The notes under the pieces were generated by a model. The model was not told where the DNA came from and searched no databases. It was given only the letters and a program-made list of their open reading frames with translations. Source: a virus (Duplodnaviria; Caudoviricetes). From it: 29,468 bases of DNA. This document shows, piece by piece, positions 24,668 through 29,468 of this stretch (position 1 is its first letter; each line of letters begins with the position of its first letter). The position numbers and the translations under genes were made by a program. The stretch covers positions 1-29,468 of IMG/VR virus record IMGVR_UViG_3300017707_000095; one strand, 5' to 3'.

Positions 24668-26490
24668 TGGCTGATGAAATGCCGCCTCCCATGCCGCAAT
24701 TTGGTGTGGTTGAGCGCCCCGCTAAAATAAAGCCCGAAGCAGAAGCCCCGGCCATGCCTACGTTTGGTCCGGGTGAGCCTGTCCCATATCAAAAGGACTG
24801 GGAAAAAGCTTCGTGGGAAGAGGTTGGCAAAGGCTTTAAAGAGCAATTTGTGCCTTCTGTTGGCCGTGCACTTAAAGCAATCCCCGAAGCCATTATGAAC
24901 CCTAGCCAGACGGCAGAAGGGTTTAAGCAAATCGGAACTGGCATTGCATCTAAAGTACGCGGTGCCTTTGGCGAGGAAAAAGCTCCCGAACAGAAGATGC
25001 AGGATGAGGCAGTGATCAATGCGATCATTGAACCTTTTACATCTATGACTGGCTTTAAAAAGGCATTGGCTACTGACCCATATTCCGTCCTGTCTATAAT
25101 GGCGATACCGGTCAGTGGCGGCGCTGCGGCTGCTGGCGCGGGTGCAAAGGCTGTAGGAACTGCTTCTGTTGCTGGTAAAGCGCTTCGCGGCGTGGAATTG
25201 GCCGGCAAAGGCGCAGCCATGGCTATGGACCCAATCTTTGGGGCTGCCAAACTTGCTGGTTCTGCGTATGAAAAAGGAATAAAGCCTGGCGCGCAGGCAG
25301 CCATTTCTGACGTATCCGGCGTGTCCCGCCCCGCCATGGACTTGGCATATGAGGCGGGTCGTTCTGCAGACCCTGTTGTGAAAAATGCCTTCAACACCTT
25401 TGCTAAAGGCCAAGGTAAAGCAGAAGACTTTTCGCAAGCTGTGTCTAAGGCTGCAAGCCAGATGCGTGATGCGGAAATCACTGCATGGGCAGCAGATAAG
25501 TCAAATGTTCTGGCGCTAAAGCAGATCGTGCCGCAGCAACCAATCTTGGATGCTATCCAAGAAGCTCGTACTGCAATTGGCCCGCGCAATCTGTCGTTTG
25601 GCCCTGCCGCAGATGCACACGCTAGGCTTGATCAACTACAGCAGTTGATGGCTCGCCGTTTCAACATGCCACAGACAAGCCCAGCAAGGACGCTGGAAGG
25701 CTTTGATCAGCTTAAGCGCACTCTTTATGAAATGGGTGAGCGCGAACCCTCTGGCATGGTTTCTAACGCCATTAAGAAAGTGAACTCAGGCGTCCGTGAA
25801 GCCATGGGTCAAATTTCTCCTGAGTATGTGAACCTCATGGAGAAGTATCAGACCCTTAACGACAAGATTAAAACGGTTAAGAAAAGTCTCTCAACCGGCG
25901 ACAATGTCAGCGCTATTCGTGAACTGAATACCTTCATTCGCGGCATGGATGACGTTGAAAAGGGCCGATTCATCGCAGAATTGGCAAAGTATGATCCGCG
26001 CATCCCATACATGGTGGCTGGCGCTACAATTCATCAGGCAGCCGGAAACCCATCTGGATGGGGTAAAATCCTATCATATGGTCAAATGGCTAATATCGGG
26101 TATGGCATTCACCGTGGTGATCCTATCCATATCGCTGGTGCTATTGGCTCTTTGGGCGCTCAGAAGGTGTTCGGGTCGCCAGAGGCGGTCGGGAAGCTTG
26201 CCTTTACCGCAGGCCAGATCGCGCCTTATGCGGAACCGGTTGGTAAGGTTATGGCTGGCGCGGCTCGCGTTCTTCCAGCGCCTCTGTCCCGTATGCAGAA
26301 TGAAGAGCTTTTGGAAAGCGTCCGCGAGGAACGCAAGAATGGTGGCCGTGTCCTGACGGCAGATCAGCTTGTGGCAGAGGTGGACCGCGCCAAGAAACGT
26401 ATTAACGACGACACGAAAGTGTTGTTGAATACACCAGACAACCATGTGGCCCATGCCCTGGAAGTCGCCAACCGTCATCTTGAGGGTTAA
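24667..26490 (+). CDS. Putative internal virion / ejection protein
   Basis: 607 aa, TAATG coupling, Ala/Gly-rich helical sequence with glycine-zipper-like stretches; follows the large ejection gene. Confidence 0.6.
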   Translation: MADEMPPPMPQFGVVERPAKIKPEAEAPAMPTFGPGEPVPYQKDWEKASWEEVGKGFKEQFVPSVGRALKAIPEAIMNPSQTAEGFKQIGTGIASKVRGAFGEEKAPEQKMQDEAVINAIIEPFTSMTGFKKALATDPYSVLSIMAIPVSGGAAAAGAGAKAVGTASVAGKALRGVELAGKGAAMAMDPIFGAAKLAGSAYEKGIKPGAQAAISDVSGVSRPAMDLAYEAGRSADPVVKNAFNTFAKGQGKAEDFSQAVSKAASQMRDAEITAWAADKSNVLALKQIVPQQPILDAIQEARTAIGPRNLSFGPAADAHARLDQLQQLMARRFNMPQTSPARTLEGFDQLKRTLYEMGEREPSGMVSNAIKKVNSGVREAMGQISPEYVNLMEKYQTLNDKIKTVKKSLSTGDNVSAIRELNTFIRGMDDVEKGRFIAELAKYDPRIPYMVAGATIHQAAGNPSGWGKILSYGQMANIGYGIHRGDPIHIAGAIGSLGAQKVFGSPEAVGKLAFTAGQIAPYAEPVGKVMAGAARVLPAPLSRMQNEELLESVREERKNGGRVLTADQLVAEVDRAKKRINDDTKVLLNTPDNHVAHALEVANRHLEG

Positions 26491-26492
26491 CC

Positions 26493-27059
26493 ATGACCTC
26501 CACGTACACAACTAATAAGTCCTTGGAGAAGCCCGCAAACGGCGACTACGTTGATACGTGGAACATCCCTGTCAACGGGGATATGGACATCATTGATAAG
26601 GCCCTCGGCGGCACGTTGTCCCTAAATGCGACCGCTGGGAACGCGACCTTGACATCAACGCAATATCAAAACCTGATCTTGCATGTAACAGGTTCTATTG
26701 CAGCGGACGTTACTTACACCATTCCGTCCACTGTTGGCGGCATGTGGATCGTATATAACAATACCACTGGCGGCCAGGATGTTATTATCGCCTCTGGCGG
26801 GGGCGGGACGACTGCTATTGTCCAGCCAGATGATATCCTTCTTGTTGTGTCTGATGGAACCAATGTATGGATCGCCACATCAGTATCTAACGTCCCTACG
26901 GGTGGTGGAACTAACAAGGCTTTCTATCTTAATGACACGGTGATTGACACGAACTACACCGTGCCAAACAACCAGAATGCTGGTACATTTGGACCAGTGA
27001 CAGTGAACTCTGGAGTGACCGTGACTGTAGGGTCCGGTTCCTACTGGTCAATCGTGTGA
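26493..27059 (+). CDS. Tail fibre proximal / anchor protein
   Basis: STYTTN..LEKPA.GD...TW...NG..D.ID.A N-terminus, WIVYNNTTGG, VSDGTNV; C-terminal module shared with the collagen protein. Confidence 0.72.
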   Translation: MTSTYTTNKSLEKPANGDYVDTWNIPVNGDMDIIDKALGGTLSLNATAGNATLTSTQYQNLILHVTGSIAADVTYTIPSTVGGMWIVYNNTTGGQDVIIASGGGGTTAIVQPDDILLVVSDGTNVWIATSVSNVPTGGGTNKAFYLNDTVIDTNYTVPNNQNAGTFGPVTVNSGVTVTVGSGSYWSIV

Positions 27060-27066
27060 GGATGTT

Positions 27067-27912
27067 ATGCCCGTAACAATCAAATCTACTGGCGGTGGTT
27101 CAGTCACAATGACGGCGGCAAGCACTGCCTCTGATTATACGGTCAATTTGCCAGCGACAAATGGTGACTTGGCAGTTGCAGTTTCTGGTGCGGTTCCTGT
27201 CTCTCAAGGCGGCACAGGCGCAACCACGCTGACAGCCAACAACGTCCTTCTTGGCAACGGCACAAGTGCTGTTCAGTTTGTTGCTCCCGGAACAAATGGC
27301 AACGTCCTGACATCTAACGGAACAACTTGGACAAGCACTGCGCCAACTACATACACCTCTAACGCCAGCCTATTTACATCCAGTAGTAGTTGGACTGCGC
27401 CCACTGGCGTTACTACTGTTTATATTTCTGGCTCAGGAGCTGGTGGCGGTGGCGGTGGCGGTATTAATACTGCCCCCGGTGGCGGTGGCGGTGGCGCTGC
27501 TGCAATTTTGAAAACAGCCTACACTGTTGTTCCCGGAACCGTATATACCGTGACGATTGGAACTGGTGGAACTGGCGGAACCGGTTCAACTTCTAACGGA
27601 ACCGCTGGCGGCACGACATCATTTGGCGCTCTTGTTTCTCTTGCTGGTGGCGGCGGTGGTGTCGGTTACAGTAACGGTCGTGGCGGAGGCTCCGCTGGGG
27701 GTGCTGGCGGCGTTGCTGGCATCAACGGATCAACAAGTAACGGCGTTGGCGGATCAGGCGGCGGCTCCATCTGGGGTGCTGGAAGCGCCTGTCAACCTTC
27801 ATCTGCTAATGGTATCGCAGGTTCTGGATATGGCGCAGGCGGCGGTTCAACCAATGCTGGCGGTGCTACCAGCGGTAATGGTTCTGGCGGCTTCATCCTT
27901 GTGGAGTGGTAA
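27067..27912 (+). CDS. Glycine-rich tail fibre / receptor-binding protein
   Basis: PVSQGGTGATTLTANNVLLGNGT fibre motif; FTSS.SWTAPTGVT...GAGGGGG...GGFILVEW glycine-rich domain. Confidence 0.8.
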   Translation: MPVTIKSTGGGSVTMTAASTASDYTVNLPATNGDLAVAVSGAVPVSQGGTGATTLTANNVLLGNGTSAVQFVAPGTNGNVLTSNGTTWTSTAPTTYTSNASLFTSSSSWTAPTGVTTVYISGSGAGGGGGGGINTAPGGGGGGAAAILKTAYTVVPGTVYTVTIGTGGTGGTGSTSNGTAGGTTSFGALVSLAGGGGGVGYSNGRGGGSAGGAGGVAGINGSTSNGVGGSGGGSIWGAGSACQPSSANGIAGSGYGAGGGSTNAGGATSGNGSGGFILVEW

Positions 27913-27914
27913 TA

Positions 27915-28316
27915 ATGGCTATCGCTGAAGAGGGCCGCATCTACGCCCAAATCCTTCATGGGAAGGTTCATTGGATTTTTGACAAATCCAAACTTCCTGA
28001 ATGGAATGATGAGCATTGCCCTGCGATTGACATCACGGGCTTAAATCCCATGCCAGAAGAAGGCTGGTCATATGACGGCTCGTCATTTGCCCCGCCAGTG
28101 CCTGATGTTGAATACGCTTGGCAAATCTTGCGTGAGATGCGTGACCGTTATCTCGCTCAGTCTGATTGGACTCAGTTTCCTGATGTTCAAGCAACTATGG
28201 CAGAAGAAAAGAAGGCGGCATGGGCCGTTTATCGTCAGGCTCTTCGTGATCTTCCTGCAAACACAACAGACCCGTTTAACGTAACGTGGCCTGTTCCTCC
28301 GGCTGGCGGGGTGTAA
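27915..28316 (+). CDS. Tail fibre assembly chaperone-like protein
   Basis: GGAG then ATG at 27915; LREMRDRYLAQSDWTQFPD...WAVYRQALRDLP...VTWPVPP is the phage tail assembly chaperone motif. Confidence 0.85.
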   Translation: MAIAEEGRIYAQILHGKVHWIFDKSKLPEWNDEHCPAIDITGLNPMPEEGWSYDGSSFAPPVPDVEYAWQILREMRDRYLAQSDWTQFPDVQATMAEEKKAAWAVYRQALRDLPANTTDPFNVTWPVPPAGGV

Positions 28317-28317
28317 G

Positions 28318-28779
28318 ATGTCAACGATCAAGGTCATCAACGCGATCCACCCAACTGGGTCTACCAATAACATTGTGCTAGACAATGCTGGTAATGCAAC
28401 GATTGGCGCGGCTCTAACAACTACAACGGCACTTACTGCTGGAACGACAGTTACAGACAGCAAGGGTGAAGTTCGCACTGTCCCGGTTAATAGCCAGACA
28501 AGCGCATACAATGTCGCCTCATCTGATGCTGGAAAGTTTATCAGCATTACGACTGGCGGGGTTAGCGTCCTGACAACAACTGCATTCACAACGGGCCAGT
28601 CAGTGTCTATCTACAACAACAGCGGTTCATCGCAGACGATTACACAAGGCGCTTCTGTCACGATTTACCAAGTTGGCACGGCTAATACGGGCAATCGCAC
28701 ATTAGCGCAGCGCGGGCTTTGCACAATCCTCTGCGTTGCCTCTAATACCTATGTCATCACTGGCGGCGGAGTGACCTAA
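28318..28779 (+). CDS. Tail fibre subunit
   Basis: MSTIKV..I N-terminus; VP.NSQTSAY...SDAGK.I...F..GQ.VSIYNNS...TITQG...NRTLAQRGLCTILCV beta domain. Confidence 0.72.
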   Translation: MSTIKVINAIHPTGSTNNIVLDNAGNATIGAALTTTTALTAGTTVTDSKGEVRTVPVNSQTSAYNVASSDAGKFISITTGGVSVLTTTAFTTGQSVSIYNNSGSSQTITQGASVTIYQVGTANTGNRTLAQRGLCTILCVASNTYVITGGGVT

Positions 28780-29468
28780 TGACCGCTTATGCGATGCTTC
28801 TGGGGGCGGCGGCGGCTGACTCGTATGAATACTTGATTGTTGCAGGCGGTGGCGGTTCGGGCGTCTCTGGCGGTGGCAATGGCGACCAACCCGGCGGCGG
28901 TGGTGCGGGTGGTATGCTGACAGGCACATTTACACCTGTTGGTGGATCAGCTTATACAATTACTGTTGGCGCTGGTGGTTCAACGACTACCAACGGGTCT
29001 GACTCTTCAGCACTGTCATTAACTGCAACTGGTGGGGGTCGGGCTGCTGGTAATAACCAAGTAAACGCATCTGGCGGGTCGGGCGGAGGGGATCGTGCTG
29101 ATGGTGCCTCAGGCGGCGGTGCTGCGGGAACATCAGGGCAAGGCAATTCTGGCGGCAATGGTTACTACAATGCTGGCGCGTCTCAATATGCGGGCGGCGG
29201 CGGTGGCGGCAAAGGCGCGGTGGGTTCTACATCAACCACCAGTGTTGGCGGGAATGGCGGCTCTGGCGCTGAATGGCCCACAGGTTCAGGCACCTACTAC
29301 GCAGGCGGTGGTGGCGGTAACGGCAACGGTGGTGGCGGCACAGGCGGCACGGGCGGCGGTGGTAATGGTGCTACTGGAACTAGTAGCGGAACGCCGGGGA
29401 CAGCAAACAAAGGCGGCGGTGGTGGTGGTTATAACGCGGGGGGGTCTTGCGTAGTGATCATCTGTTAC
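28779..29468 (+). CDS. Glycine-rich fibre-tip protein, truncated by the window end (absent from the ORF track)
   Basis: TAATG coupling; MTAYAMLLG...EYLIVAGGGG...YTITVGAGG...GTSGQGNSGG...YYAGGGGG...VVIICY, open to the last base. Confidence 0.82.
   Translation, partial: MTAYAMLLGAAAADSYEYLIVAGGGGSGVSGGGNGDQPGGGGAGGMLTGTFTPVGGSAYTITVGAGGSTTTNGSDSSALSLTATGGGRAAGNNQVNASGGSGGGDRADGASGGGAAGTSGQGNSGGNGYYNAGASQYAGGGGGGKGAVGSTSTTSVGGNGGSGAEWPTGSGTYYAGGGGGNGNGGGGTGGTGGGGNGATGTSSGTPGTANKGGGGGGYNAGGSCVVIICY

Noticed and set aside
11156-27059. Duplicated fibre C-termini as a possible DGR template/variable repeat pair
   Set aside because: Both copies are coding and differ at all base types rather than only at adenines; no reverse transcriptase is present in the window.
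29436-29468. Unusual Cys residues in the terminal GGSCVVIICY (family pattern recalled as GGSGVVIIRY) and a G-run
   Set aside because: Single-base differences at the extreme end of the window could be low-quality sequence; not interpretable without reads.
1-29468. tRNA, rRNA, CRISPR array, integrase/att sites, stop-codon reassignment
   Set aside because: None seen. Genes tile the window under the standard code with TAA/TGA stops and no fragmented genes that would suggest recoding.

Overview
This window is the late (virion morphogenesis and lysis) region of a tailed dsDNA phage. It is almost entirely + strand and tightly packed, with frequent TGATG/TAATG coupling. Gene order: a large basic disordered protein, GroES-like co-chaperonin, scaffold-like protein, a minus-strand HNH-AP2 endonuclease insertion, decoration-like protein, Mu gpT-like major capsid protein, small basic proteins, adaptor, collagen-like fibre next to a methyltransferase/GT2/TPR fusion, lysis genes (3TM holin, GH108 endolysin), second adaptor, nozzle-like protein, GNAT-like protein, two probable ejection proteins, and a cluster of small glycine-rich fibre genes running off the 3' end. 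No sheath, tube or tape measure is evident, so the tail looks podovirus-like. Terminase, portal, integrase and replication genes are not in the window, and the host cannot be determined. The most interesting signals are (1) a recurrent [FYMRK]xxGG motif in the probable capsid-internal proteins, suggesting a double-glycine processing or packaging signal, (2) a 1278-aa ejection protein with two internal peptidase-S74-like autocleavage domains plus a lysozyme-fold domain, i.e. a candidate self-processing polyprotein, (3) several structured, partly pseudoknotted intergenic RNAs overlapping ribosome-binding sites, (4) a collagen plus glycosyltransferase pair, and (5) shared terminal modules among fibre proteins. 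All family calls come from motif recognition by eye; no searches were run.
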